From assembly GCA_016934535.1 (NCBI GenBank), contig JAFGSQ010000007.1:62001-103995 (forward strand): 41,995 nt of DNA. The letters are read 5' to 3'. A program made the position numbers and the translations under genes. The notes under the pieces were generated by a model that did not search any database, had not been told where the DNA came from, and was given only the letters and a program-made list of their open reading frames with translations. Each line of letters opens with the position of its first letter. Position 1 is the stretch's first letter. This document shows positions 16,890-26,890 of this stretch, one piece after another. The stretch is from a candidate division WOR-3 bacterium. Lineage in GTDB: Bacteria; SDB-A.

Positions 16890-17941
16890 AAAAGAAAAGA
16901 CTGCTCATTGCTGTCGGAGCGACTGGAGGGCATATTTATCCCGCGCTTGCCCTTGCGGAAGAACTAAGGGGCAAATGCGGCTTGTTTTTCATCGGAAGCG
17001 ACAGGGGACTCGCTGAGACAATAGTAACAAGGGCAGGATTTCACTTCGAGAAAGTCAGAAGCAGGCCTTGGGCGGGAAGAACGATTCTCGAAAAAGCCGC
17101 TTCAGCGGTTTCCTTCATTTTTGGTGTATTTTATTGCCGAAGACACATATCTGAAATAAAGCCTTTTGCCGTTCTCGGCACGGGTTCTTTTGCGACGGTT
17201 CCCGTTTTGCTGACTTGCTGTTTGCTTTCGGTGCCTTTTTATATTTTAGAAGCGGATGTCAAACCAGGAATGACAACTCGTTTTTTTGCAAGAAGCGCAA
17301 AAAAAATATTTTTATCATTCGAGGAGACTGAAAAATACATGCCCGGTATTTCTGAGACCCTATACTCGGGAAGTCCTGTTAGGCGAACGATTGGGAATGT
17401 CCCGAAATCCGAAGCGGTGAAAAAATTCGGACTTTCAGGTGACTCGAAGATAATTCTCGTGTTCGGAGGAAGTCAGGGATCTTCTACTATAGAAAAAGCA
17501 TTTTATGAAATGTACAGGAAATTCGGCATACCTCAGAACGCAAAGGTGATCGCTTCCGCGGGTAAATTTTCCGAAGGACTATACGCGCGATGCGGAGAAG
17601 ACGTCATAGTCAGAGATTATATTGAAGACATGGCATCGGCTTACGCCTGTGCCGACGTAGTCGTATCGAGAGCCGGAGCCGTAACGGTCGCTGAGATTTT
17701 TGCTGCCGGAAAACCTGCAGTACTCATTCCTTTGGCAATAGCCAGAGGGCATCAGGCTGACAACGCCCGCCAGCTCGAAAATCTTTGTACAAGCGTCGTA
17801 ATAAGAGAAAATGAACTCACGGCAGAATCCCTTCACGAAAACATAAAAAAAATCCTGAATTCAGAGGGAACATCGGTACTCTGTCCCGGAAAGAAAGACT
17901 CAGTGAAAATTATTGCCGAGGAGATACTTAATGAATCCTGA
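16886..17941 (+). CDS. murG: Lipid I GlcNAc transferase MurG
   Basis: GATGGHIYPA, GSPVR, FGGSQGS, SRAGAVTVAE, HQADNA; TTG start overlapping the ftsW stop. Confidence 0.93.
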   Translation: MKKKRLLIAVGATGGHIYPALALAEELRGKCGLFFIGSDRGLAETIVTRAGFHFEKVRSRPWAGRTILEKAASAVSFIFGVFYCRRHISEIKPFAVLGTGSFATVPVLLTCCLLSVPFYILEADVKPGMTTRFFARSAKKIFLSFEETEKYMPGISETLYSGSPVRRTIGNVPKSEAVKKFGLSGDSKIILVFGGSQGSSTIEKAFYEMYRKFGIPQNAKVIASAGKFSEGLYARCGEDVIVRDYIEDMASAYACADVVVSRAGAVTVAEIFAAGKPAVLIPLAIARGHQADNARQLENLCTSVVIRENELTAESLHENIKKILNSEGTSVLCPGKKDSVKIIAEEILNES

Positions 17942-19262
17942 AATGGTTCACATGATCGGTATTTGCGGAGCAGGGATGACCCCTCTGGCTATCATTATGA
18001 AAAGAAAAGGCTTTGATGTCACCGGATGTGACAGAAATCTGAACGAAAATGCCGAAATTCTCAAAAAAGAAGGGATCGTATTGTCTGCGGGTCATTCGAC
18101 AAAACATCTCGAAGGTGTTTCCAGGGTGATTTTTTCGAGGGCCGTGGATGAATCGTGCAATGAGATATCCCAGGCCTTGAAAAAAGGGATCAAAATACAA
18201 TCTAGAGGAGAAGCTCTCAGAGAACAGCTTGAGGGCAGGATACTGACTGGAATAGCCGGAACCCACGGGAAGACCACCACGTCTTCAATGCTTGTGCATA
18301 TTTTAATGTATAACAATAAAGACGTGCTCGGAATCACCGGAGGATCACCGGTGGGATGGGAAAGCGGACTGATATGGTCGGAAAATGGCGCGGCGGTTTG
18401 CGAACTTGACGAAAGCGACAGGACTTTTCTTCTGTTTAATCCGAATATAGGAGTCATAACTTCAGTAGAAGCTGATCACATCGGAAAATATTACTCGGGA
18501 GAAAAAGATGTATCGGAGGCATTCTTGAAATTTGCCGGAAATTCTGAAAAATGCCTTTTGAACGTTTGCGACAAATTGACGGCTGAAATTGCCAATTCAA
18601 AAACAGTAAAATCGGTGACGCTGGGTGAATCGCCTGCCTGCGACATACGCTACGTCATAGAAGATGAATGTTTGTTCATGAGAGGAGAAAAAATAAGTAT
18701 CCGCATGCGGGGAGAACACAACCTCAGAAATGCGTCCTGCGCTTTAGCCGTAGCTGAACTTATGGGCGTTTCTCCGATGGATTCGGCGGAAGCTTTAAAG
18801 AGCTTTTCGGGAGTCAGAAGAAGGATGGAAACGGTTTTTGATTCGGATTTCTGTACTTTTATAAGTGATTACGCCCATCATCCGACTGAATTGAAAAACT
18901 CGATAGAAGCTCTTAAAACCGGCGATAAAAAGCTGACGATTGTTTTTCAACCTCATCTATACTCGAGAACAAAAGAATTCCATCTGGATTTTGCTAAGGG
19001 GCTGTTAAAAGCCGATAACATTATACTGATGCCGATTTATCCCGCAAGAGAAAAACCGATGACGGGAGTGACTTCGGAATTAATTGCCGACGACCTGAAA
19101 ACCCTTGGTAAAGAAGTCTGCGTGACAGGATCAAAGGAAGAATTGATGTCTGTTCTGAAAAAATCGTTTTCAGGAGGCATTTTGGCTCTATTGGGAGCCG
19201 GAGATGCTGATTCTTACAGGGATGAAATTACAGAAATGTTAAAGGGAACAGTAAATGATTGA
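17931..19262 (+). CDS. murC: UDP-MurNAc--L-Ala ligase MurC
   Basis: GICGAGM, AGTHGKTTT, ELDESD, DH, GVRRR, DYAHHPTE, FQPHLYSRT; SD GAGGAG upstream of ATG 17931. Confidence 0.95.
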   Translation: MNPEMVHMIGICGAGMTPLAIIMKRKGFDVTGCDRNLNENAEILKKEGIVLSAGHSTKHLEGVSRVIFSRAVDESCNEISQALKKGIKIQSRGEALREQLEGRILTGIAGTHGKTTTSSMLVHILMYNNKDVLGITGGSPVGWESGLIWSENGAAVCELDESDRTFLLFNPNIGVITSVEADHIGKYYSGEKDVSEAFLKFAGNSEKCLLNVCDKLTAEIANSKTVKSVTLGESPACDIRYVIEDECLFMRGEKISIRMRGEHNLRNASCALAVAELMGVSPMDSAEALKSFSGVRRRMETVFDSDFCTFISDYAHHPTELKNSIEALKTGDKKLTIVFQPHLYSRTKEFHLDFAKGLLKADNIILMPIYPAREKPMTGVTSELIADDLKTLGKEVCVTGSKEELMSVLKKSFSGGILALLGAGDADSYRDEITEMLKGTVND

Positions 19263-20121
19263 TTGTTTGAGAAAAATCGATCTCGCTGAATTCACGACTT
19301 TGAGATTGGGCGGAAAAGCGGATTATTTTTGTTATGTTGATAATGAGCAGAAATTTGATAAAATTATTACATATTGTGAAAAAAATAATCTGCCATACAT
19401 CATATTGGGTGCGGGCAGCAATATTCTCTTTAGCGACAAGGGATTCAAAGGATGTATTGTCAAGCTTTCGGGGAGCTTTAGAAGTTTTGTTCTGGAAGGC
19501 AACATGATCCGTACAGGAGCAGGCGTAGCGCTCTCGGAAATAATAGGGAAATCAAGAGAAGCAGGCTTGTCTGGTCTTGAATGCCTTTACGGAATACCCG
19601 GAACAGTCGGAGGCGCTGTTTACATGAACGCCGGCACAAAATGGGGTGTCACGGGAGATTTTGTTAAAAGAGTTAAAACGAGAGGCAAGGATTATTTTGA
19701 AATCTCGAAGGACCAGTTCGGCTATAGAAAAGGCATACATGAAATAATACTCGGTGTTGAATTTGAATTGCGAAATGCGGAGGTTTCCGAAATTGAATCG
19801 ACGATCACTCAAATAAAAAAATTCAGAAGCGAGAGGTTTCCGAGGAACTCAAGAACAGCCGGTTGTATTTTCAAAAATCCTTTCGGAAGTCCGCCTGCCG
19901 GTAAACTGATAGAACAAGCAGGGTGGAAAGGAAAGATAATAAAAAACGTCATGATTTCAGACAGGCACGCAAATTACTTCATCCCTCTCAGAGGAGCCAA
20001 ATGCTCCGATTTTGTTGATTCAGTAACTGCGGTCAAAGAAGACGTTTTCAGAAAGTTCTCAATAACGCTTGAAACAGAATTAAAGATATACGATGAAAAT
20101 GGAAAATCCAAAGAAATTTAA
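19255..20121 (+). CDS. murB: UDP-N-acetylenolpyruvoylglucosamine reductase MurB
   Basis: TTLRLGG, GAGSNIL, GIPGTVGGAVYMNAG, FGYR, AGCIFKNP, HANY, LETE. Confidence 0.95.
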   Translation: MIDCLRKIDLAEFTTLRLGGKADYFCYVDNEQKFDKIITYCEKNNLPYIILGAGSNILFSDKGFKGCIVKLSGSFRSFVLEGNMIRTGAGVALSEIIGKSREAGLSGLECLYGIPGTVGGAVYMNAGTKWGVTGDFVKRVKTRGKDYFEISKDQFGYRKGIHEIILGVEFELRNAEVSEIESTITQIKKFRSERFPRNSRTAGCIFKNPFGSPPAGKLIEQAGWKGKIIKNVMISDRHANYFIPLRGAKCSDFVDSVTAVKEDVFRKFSITLETELKIYDENGKSKEI

Positions 20122-20821
20122 AGCGGTTATTTTCGCGTTTCTGACAGCGACATTGTTCTCGGCCGGAGTAGCAGCGGGAAAATTGCATTTTTTCAGAGTT
20201 GAATCCGTTATAGTGAGGGGAAACACTGAACTGAGTTCTCATGAAATATTCGAGATAGCAGGTGTTTCAAAAGGAGATTGCGTATTTTTTGTCAATTTGT
20301 CGGAGGCTGAGCTTAATCTGTCAAAAGAGATTTTCGCAAAAAAGATACTGGTGAGAAAGTCCGGACCTAACGCTCTGGAGATTGAAATAATTGAAAGATA
20401 TCCTTCACTGGATATTGGAAACGGCAAGGGAGTAGACGCGGACGGTTATATATTGCCGATAGATTCATCAAAAGCATTGCTCGGAGCGAAAACAATGAAC
20501 GAGTACACAGAAAGCGATTTATTCCTGACCGAAGAGGACAGAATACTGAAAGATGTTGCGTCTGTTTGTTCGCAAGGAATTAATTTCCCTTTTTTGAGCG
20601 AAGTGATAGTCTGCAAAAAAGGTCTGTCGGTGAAAACCAAAGACGGAGTGTACGCTTATTTCGGGTATTCGGATTTTGTTTTATCGTACAGAATATTAAT
20701 GACTGTCAGGGGAACTGATTGGTGGGACCGAAAGTATTGTTACGATTTGAGTTCCCCCGGAGAACTATTGATATTCAAAAGGTCCGCTTTAACCAATAAC
20801 AAAGATTGTTACGGGGGCTGA
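20093..20821 (+). CDS. ftsQ: Cell division protein FtsQ/DivIB
   Basis: TM helix followed by a POTRA-like segment (FRVESVIVRGNTELS...PNALEIEIIER); immediately upstream of ftsA. Confidence 0.85.
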   Translation: MKMENPKKFKAVIFAFLTATLFSAGVAAGKLHFFRVESVIVRGNTELSSHEIFEIAGVSKGDCVFFVNLSEAELNLSKEIFAKKILVRKSGPNALEIEIIERYPSLDIGNGKGVDADGYILPIDSSKALLGAKTMNEYTESDLFLTEEDRILKDVASVCSQGINFPFLSEVIVCKKGLSVKTKDGVYAYFGYSDFVLSYRILMTVRGTDWWDRKYCYDLSSPGELLIFKRSALTNNKDCYGG

Positions 20822-20824
20822 ATT

Positions 20825-22057
20825 ATGGATAAAAAAATGATTTCGACCGCTTTGGATCTCGGCTCGAGTAAAGTTTGCGCCGTAATAGCTGAAATAGCAT
20901 CGAGAAATAAAATTAACGTGATCGGTGTAGGAGAAGCTGTTTCCGAAGGAATGAGGCACGGAGTGGTCATAAACCTTGACAAAACAATCTCTTCGATAAA
21001 AAACGCGATTCATGACGCTGAAGTAATGGCGGGAGTTCAGGCGGGTCCTGTAAGTATTGGAGTGACAGGCGAGCACATAAAAGGAATAGCGAGTAAAGGC
21101 GTTATATCGATAACGAGCAAGGAACAAGGTATAACCATAGCCGATGTCGAAAGAGTGAAAGAATCGGCAAAGGGGATAGCCATTCCGGCCGAAAGAGAGA
21201 TAATTCACACGTTGACTCAGGATTTCATAGTAGACAATCAGCCCAACATTATCGATCCGGTCGGATTGATGGGTATGAGGCTGGAAGCAATAATTTATAT
21301 AATAACGGCATCCAGCCTTGCGCTCGGAAACATAAGAAAAGCAGTCGAAGGTTCGGGTTTATCCGTGGAATCAATGATACTGCAGCCTCTCGCTTCTTCT
21401 TATGCGGTTCTGGGCGAGGAAGACAGGCAACAAGGCATAGCTCTTCTCGACATAGGAGGAGGAGTTACGAATATTTCCGTCTGGTATGGCGGTTCTCTCA
21501 GGGATGTGGGGCTTGTCAAGCTGGGCGGGGATTCCATTACGAGGGACATTTCTATGGGTTTGGCAACATCTTACGCTTTTGCTGAAAAAATTAAAAAAGA
21601 AAAAGCCTCTGCCCACCCGACATACGTTGACCCGGAAGAAGTTATAGACATACAAGCGACCGCCGGAAGGGGTAACAGAAAAGTCACGACTGAAAGACTG
21701 CACGATGTCGTCGAGGCCAGAGTGGAAGAGATTCTCGATTTTTCGTTCAGAAAAATCCAACGCAGTGAATACGCGCACAACCTGGCGTCCGGAGTCGTAA
21801 TCACTGGCGGAACAGCGAATCTCAAAGGGATTATAGAGGTCGCCGAAGAGATATTCGAACTACCGGTCAGGCTTGGAATCCCGGGAGACGATCTTCTCGG
21901 GATGGTTGAAGCGGTCTCATCGCCAGCATTCTCGACGGTTCTCGGACTGATAAAATATTCGATTTCAGATCAGGAAGAAACGGGATCCCAGGGGGACAAA
22001 GAAAAAAAGAAAAAAATAGTAGGAGGACTGAAAAAGTGGATAAGCGATTTCTTTTAG
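20825..22057 (+). CDS. ftsA: Cell division protein FtsA
   Basis: LDLGSSKV, LDIGGGVT, GGDSITRDI, AEKIK, GVVITGG; C-terminal amphipathic helix LKKWISDFF. Confidence 0.97.
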   Translation: MDKKMISTALDLGSSKVCAVIAEIASRNKINVIGVGEAVSEGMRHGVVINLDKTISSIKNAIHDAEVMAGVQAGPVSIGVTGEHIKGIASKGVISITSKEQGITIADVERVKESAKGIAIPAEREIIHTLTQDFIVDNQPNIIDPVGLMGMRLEAIIYIITASSLALGNIRKAVEGSGLSVESMILQPLASSYAVLGEEDRQQGIALLDIGGGVTNISVWYGGSLRDVGLVKLGGDSITRDISMGLATSYAFAEKIKKEKASAHPTYVDPEEVIDIQATAGRGNRKVTTERLHDVVEARVEEILDFSFRKIQRSEYAHNLASGVVITGGTANLKGIIEVAEEIFELPVRLGIPGDDLLGMVEAVSSPAFSTVLGLIKYSISDQEETGSQGDKEKKKKIVGGLKKWISDFF

Positions 22058-22115
22058 ACCGGATAAACGAAGCGTCAATTAAACATTTTTTAAATGGAAT
22101 ATGAAGGAGGAATAT

Positions 22116-23399
22116 ATGGGTATATTCGAAATGGCCCCGCAAGAACTTCCGCTGGCTAAGATAGTGGTTGTAGGAGTCGGAGGAGCCGGTGGAAATACTG
22201 TGAACACAATGGTTGAAGAGGGCATTGAAGGCGTGAACATCGTTGTTGTGAACACGGACCTGCAGGATCTCATAAAGTCCAGAGCCCAGAAAAAAATTCA
22301 AATAGGTAAAGAGACGACAAGGGGACTCGGCACCGGTTTTGATCCTGAAAAAGGCAAGAAGGCGGCGGAAGAGAGCATGAGAGAAATCGAAGAGATTTTC
22401 AAAGGCATCGATATGGTTTTCATAACAGCGGGTATGGGAGGCGGAACCGGCACGGGAGCGTCTTCGATAATCGCCAGAGCGGCAAAACAATCGGGAGCAG
22501 TGACAGTTTCGGTTGTGACTCTGCCTTTTAACTGGGAAGGGAAGAAAAGATATGATGTCGCAACCAGGGGAGTTAAGGATCTTTCTTCATCGTCTGACAC
22601 AATTCTGGTGATTCATAACGACAACATAAGAACTCTTTATTCCAAACAGATCACGGCAAAAGACGCTTTTAAATATGTCGACGGCGTGCTTGTAAAAGCG
22701 ACAAAAGGCGTTTCTGACTTGATAATTAAACAGGGACATATAAATTTGGACTTCGCCGACATAAAAAGAGTGATGGGAAAAGGAGGAAAAGCGCTCATGG
22801 GCATCGGATACGGTACAGGCGAAGACAGAGCCGTACAGGCCGCTAACGAAGCCATCAATTCACCTCTTCTCGACAATGTATCCATCACCGAAGCCTCAAG
22901 TGTTCTTGTCAACATAACAGGACCTGACGATCTCAAACTCGAAGAGATAGACAACGTGATGAAGCTCATACAGGAAAAAATCGGAGACGACACTGACAAA
23001 GAAATCTTATTCGGGATCAGATACGACACCACATACAACAGCAGGATAGAGATTACAATAATTGCTACAGGTATCGGAACTAAAAAATCGAGGAAAGAAA
23101 ACAGGGTGGAAGGATTTTTTACCGGTGAACAAAGCAGTGATTCTGATAAGAAAAATTCTCTCGAAAAGAATTTTATCTGGACGCCTGAAGAAGACCAGGT
23201 AGATCTGTTTGAAGCAGAAATAATAGAAAAAGGAGATGATACGGCAGAAGAGAACGATGAGGACAGGGAAAACCGTAAAAAAGAAGTGTTTAACAAAAGA
23301 CAGAGGATGAGGAAGAACAGGCCTATAGAAGACGAACTCGATTTGTACAATTCTGATGAATTGACCGAACCGGCTTACCTCAGAAGGCAAAACAACTGA
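22116..23399 (+). CDS. ftsZ: Cell division protein FtsZ
   Basis: GVGGAGGN, NTD, tubulin signature GMGGGTGTG, INLDFAD, C-terminal peptide EPAYLRR; SD AAGGAGG before ATG 22116. Confidence 0.98.
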   Translation: MGIFEMAPQELPLAKIVVVGVGGAGGNTVNTMVEEGIEGVNIVVVNTDLQDLIKSRAQKKIQIGKETTRGLGTGFDPEKGKKAAEESMREIEEIFKGIDMVFITAGMGGGTGTGASSIIARAAKQSGAVTVSVVTLPFNWEGKKRYDVATRGVKDLSSSSDTILVIHNDNIRTLYSKQITAKDAFKYVDGVLVKATKGVSDLIIKQGHINLDFADIKRVMGKGGKALMGIGYGTGEDRAVQAANEAINSPLLDNVSITEASSVLVNITGPDDLKLEEIDNVMKLIQEKIGDDTDKEILFGIRYDTTYNSRIEITIIATGIGTKKSRKENRVEGFFTGEQSSDSDKKNSLEKNFIWTPEEDQVDLFEAEIIEKGDDTAEENDEDRENRKKEVFNKRQRMRKNRPIEDELDLYNSDELTEPAYLRRQNN

Positions 23400-23403
23400 A
23401 CGG

Positions 23404-24099
23404 ATGAGAGTTTTAGAAACGGAAACGTTCAGGGAAAACCTGAAGATTGTGAGAGAAAATATTTACGAATCCTGCCGCAGAGTTTCGAGAGATCCAAGTG
23501 AAGTTGCCATTCTCGCGGTGACGAAGAATTTCGGAAGACTTGCGCTTGATATGGCTGCGGAAGAAGGAATCAGGAACATCGGAGAAAATAAAGTGCAGGA
23601 AGCATGGGAGAAGTTGAGTCACAAGCGGGATACTTTTACAAAACATCTCATAGGACATTTACAGAAGAACAAAGTTGAAAAAGCGCTGAAACTTTTTGAC
23701 GTGATACAGACCGTAGATTCTTTAGCTTTGGCAGAGAAACTTGAAAAAAAATGTGCCGAAATTAATCCTGAAGAAAAAGCGTGTAAATACAGCGTTTTTA
23801 TTCAGGTTAACGTTTCCGGAGAAACAACCAAGTCCGGAGTAAAACCTGAAGAAGTTGACGATTTGACAAATTATATTTTTAGCTGTAAGAATATAGAATT
23901 AAAGGGTGTGATGGGCATGGCGGGTTTATACGCCGGTGAAGTTGAGACAAGAAGGCAGTTTTCTGTTCTTTTTGAAATAAAAGAGAAATTCGGACTCTGT
24001 TCTCTTTCGATGGGAATGAGTTCGGATTACACTGTTGCTGTCGAGGAAGGCAGTACGATGGTAAGGCTGGGTACGGCCCTTTTTGGAAAGAGGTATTGA
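23404..24099 (+). CDS. yggS: PLP homeostasis protein YggS/PROSC family
   Basis: AVTK (PLP lysine), GENKVQE, HLIGHLQKNK, QVN, SMGMSSD, VRLGTALFG. Confidence 0.95.
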   Translation: MRVLETETFRENLKIVRENIYESCRRVSRDPSEVAILAVTKNFGRLALDMAAEEGIRNIGENKVQEAWEKLSHKRDTFTKHLIGHLQKNKVEKALKLFDVIQTVDSLALAEKLEKKCAEINPEEKACKYSVFIQVNVSGETTKSGVKPEEVDDLTNYIFSCKNIELKGVMGMAGLYAGEVETRRQFSVLFEIKEKFGLCSLSMGMSSDYTVAVEEGSTMVRLGTALFGKRY

Positions 24100-24100
24100 T

Positions 24101-24649
24101 ATGGGAATCACACCGCTAGAAATAAGAAAGATGGAGTTCAGGAAGACCTTCCGCGGACTCGACGTTCAGGAGGTTCAAAGCTTTCTTGAAATAGTCGCTG
24201 ATCAGCTCGAAAGCCTGAACAGGGAGAATATGTCTATTAAAGAGCAGCTCAGGAATTTAGAGCAAAGACTTGAAGATTACAAGAGTATGGAATCCACTCT
24301 GCAGAACACCCTCACTTCGGCTCAAAAATCTTCCGAGCAGATAAGAAAAAATGCCGAACAGGAAGCTGAACTGATAATACAGAACGCAAAACTTCAGGGA
24401 GAGACGATCGTTGAGAGAGCCCGTTCTCAGGTTGTGGAAATAACGAGTGAGATTTCAGCCCTCAACACACACAGGGTAAGCATAAAAGCTCAGATAAAAA
24501 GTTTTCTCGAGGCGCAGTTAAAAGCTATAGAATCGGGAGAAATAAGATACAAAAAAGTCGAAATAGATGACGCTTTTCCGCACATCAAACGCAAGATAAA
24601 GACAAATGTCCCTTCGCTTGACAATCTATTTGAACAGAAAAATATATAA
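24101..24649 (+). CDS. divIVA: DivIVA-domain protein
   Basis: ITPLEIRKMEFRKTFRGLDVQEVQSFL N-terminal domain, followed by a long coiled coil (AQKSSEQIRKNAEQEAELII). Confidence 0.92.
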   Translation: MGITPLEIRKMEFRKTFRGLDVQEVQSFLEIVADQLESLNRENMSIKEQLRNLEQRLEDYKSMESTLQNTLTSAQKSSEQIRKNAEQEAELIIQNAKLQGETIVERARSQVVEITSEISALNTHRVSIKAQIKSFLEAQLKAIESGEIRYKKVEIDDAFPHIKRKIKTNVPSLDNLFEQKNI

Positions 24650-25517
24650 TTCTTTAGCGCTTTTGTGCTTTTTGCTCACACTATCGTGCTCTCAAAAAAC
24701 TCAGGAAGCAAGGATAGACAGAGCCAGACAGCTCTATTATGAAGGATTATACGACAGGGCGAAAGTTGTTCTCGATTCTTCCCTTTCCTCGGAAGAACTG
24801 GGCGAAAATGAAAGAATTGAAGGCATGATTCTTTCAGCCGACATAGATATAAAACTCGGAGAGTATGCGAGCTCTTCGGGGACTCTTGAAAATGTTTATT
24901 ATCAGAGAAGAGATTTCAAAGATACGATCGTAATGAGATATCAGCAGATAATCGATAAATTATCTTTCGAAGGAAGATTTTCCGAGGAAATATATTTTTC
25001 CAAGAAATTATTTTTGATTGAACAAAATGCGGTTGCGAGAGAATTGCTCCCTGAAATCACCAGATCTTTTCTTCTCGAAGCTGACACGGCCAACGCATTG
25101 AGCACTTTATCACGATCACTCAAATACGAAGAACTTTCTCTTAGCGCCTGCATACTTCTCGGTGAAATTTATAAAAACAAAAAAATGCACGAGATCGCAG
25201 TTGCGTGGCTCGATTCGGCAATAATAAAACCTGACGCCGACAAGATACAAATAATGCAGAATAAAGCTGACATACTGGTCGAAATGTCAAAGGAACTTAT
25301 CGAAAAAGGGAGACAGGGTGAAGCCCTCAATTATCTTTCTGAAGCGTCTTTTCTGACTCAGGGAACAACTTCTGCCGAAGCGGCCTGGCTTGCAGGAAGT
25401 TTATACGTGGCTTCAGAAAATTACGCCAAGGGAAGACTGTATCTCGAGAGGGTTTTAGAGATTGAAAGAAGCTCGGTTATCAGAGAAAAAGCCATCAAAT
25501 TACTGCAAAATATTTAG
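24630..25517 (+). CDS. TPR-containing putative lipoprotein
   Basis: Lipobox-like LLTLSC after a basic/hydrophobic N-terminus; TPR-like helices throughout. Start uncertain (TTG 24630 or ATG 24606). Confidence 0.7.
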   Translation: MNRKIYNSLALLCFLLTLSCSQKTQEARIDRARQLYYEGLYDRAKVVLDSSLSSEELGENERIEGMILSADIDIKLGEYASSSGTLENVYYQRRDFKDTIVMRYQQIIDKLSFEGRFSEEIYFSKKLFLIEQNAVARELLPEITRSFLLEADTANALSTLSRSLKYEELSLSACILLGEIYKNKKMHEIAVAWLDSAIIKPDADKIQIMQNKADILVEMSKELIEKGRQGEALNYLSEASFLTQGTTSAEAAWLAGSLYVASENYAKGRLYLERVLEIERSSVIREKAIKLLQNI

Positions 25518-25525
25518 GAGTAAAA

Positions 25526-26320
25526 GTGAAAAAGACATTTATTTTCGTTGTGGCAGTCATAACGGCGTCCGGATGTTCGCCTAAAAGGATCAACCTGGAT
25601 AGATACACTGATGAAGAAGCCGCTTTGTCTGTCGCGCGGGAATTGTTCGAAAGCAATGATTACGGAGAAGCCGCCGAAGCCTTCAACTACGTTTATCTGA
25701 GTTTTGATTTTACGCGATATAAAAGCTATGCTTTATTCATGTCCGGCCTTTCGTATTACATGGATGGAAAATACGATGATGCAATTGAAACTTTTAAAGT
25801 GTTTTACAATAAATACCCCTCCGATACGCTTATATCGAGCACCGTGTACTATTGGGCGAGCTCCTATGAGAAATCATCGCCGTCTTTTGAAAGGGACCTT
25901 CTGAAGCTGAAATACGCTTTGGAAACATACAGTCTCTTTTTAGCGAGATTCCCTTCAGACGAACGAACACAGGAAGCCGTTGAACGCGTGAGACATTGTG
26001 AAAATATTTTACTTAGAAAACTGATATACGAGGCGGAAGTTTACAAAAAAATGAACAGACACGAATCGGCTTTCGCAGTCCTTGTTACCGCAGCCGGAAT
26101 GTATCCCAATTCAGATTATATTTCTCAAGCGCTGTACGAGGCAGCGTTGTCCGCTCTTAAAACCGGAAACCTTTCGAGCGCTCGCAGATATTTTCTCGAC
26201 GCATCGGAATATCAGACCGAATATGCAGAAAAAGCGAGGGAAATGCTTTCTCGACTCCCCATAACCGAATCCACCGATTCATTCTCGCCGGACACGATCG
26301 AAGAATCCCGGGAGGAATAA
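25526..26320 (+). CDS. bamD: Outer membrane protein assembly factor BamD (TPR lipoprotein)
   Basis: Lipobox TASGC; BamD-like pattern FYNKYPS..., SPSFERD...A...F..RFPS, L.RK...A.VY...R..SA, YPNS. Confidence 0.8.
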   Translation: MKKTFIFVVAVITASGCSPKRINLDRYTDEEAALSVARELFESNDYGEAAEAFNYVYLSFDFTRYKSYALFMSGLSYYMDGKYDDAIETFKVFYNKYPSDTLISSTVYYWASSYEKSSPSFERDLLKLKYALETYSLFLARFPSDERTQEAVERVRHCENILLRKLIYEAEVYKKMNRHESAFAVLVTAAGMYPNSDYISQALYEAALSALKTGNLSSARRYFLDASEYQTEYAEKAREMLSRLPITESTDSFSPDTIEESREE

Positions 26321-26890
26321 GTGAAGACGGGGATTTTCGGAGGAAGTTTCGATCCCCCTCACATAGGTCATCTGATATTTTCAGTGGACGCCTACAATAT
26401 ATTGGGAATAAAAAAAATAGTATGGTTGGTCAATCACACTCCATGTCACAAAACCATGCCCATTGCGCCTTTCAGTGAAAGAATCCGTTTTTGCGAAATT
26501 ATATCGGAAAATTTCAAGTTCATATCGATTTCCGACCTGGAAGAGAAGCTCGAAAAGCCAAACTACACTTATGACTCAGTGAATTTTATTAAAAAGCAAT
26601 TGGGTGAATCAAACGATTATTTTCTAATGATTGGCATGGATCAGGCCAGACTTATAAATACGTGGAAAAAATCTTCCGAACTGAAAGATTCCCTTGGATT
26701 CATTGTCATGAGAAGGGGAGTTGAAGAAGAAAAACCCGACATACCCGAAAGCAGGCTCAGTTTTATTGACAGAAGATTGGACGTGTCTTCGTCGGAGATC
26801 AGAGGCCTTGTTAAAAAACACCTCGAAACGGAACATCTGTTGGGGAATGAACTGAATAATTACGTAAAAAAATCAGGGCTGTACAATTGA
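26321..26890 (+). CDS. nadD: Nicotinate-nucleotide adenylyltransferase
   Basis: GIFGGSFDPPHIGH (HxGH), YTYDS, IGMDQ, W, DVSSSEIR. Confidence 0.93.
   Translation: MKTGIFGGSFDPPHIGHLIFSVDAYNILGIKKIVWLVNHTPCHKTMPIAPFSERIRFCEIISENFKFISISDLEEKLEKPNYTYDSVNFIKKQLGESNDYFLMIGMDQARLINTWKKSSELKDSLGFIVMRRGVEEEKPDIPESRLSFIDRRLDVSSSEIRGLVKKHLETEHLLGNELNNYVKKSGLYN

Noticed and set aside
21867-23390. Long antisense ORFs over ftsA/ftsZ (207, 237 and 127 aa)
   Set aside because: They shadow highly conserved genes, have the S/F/L-rich composition expected from the reverse complement of E/K/D-rich codons, and show no motifs.
24618-24650. TTGACA ... TATAAT at the end of divIVA as an internal promoter
   Set aside because: The spacer is 21 bp, too long for sigma70, and the elements overlap the probable start of the downstream gene.
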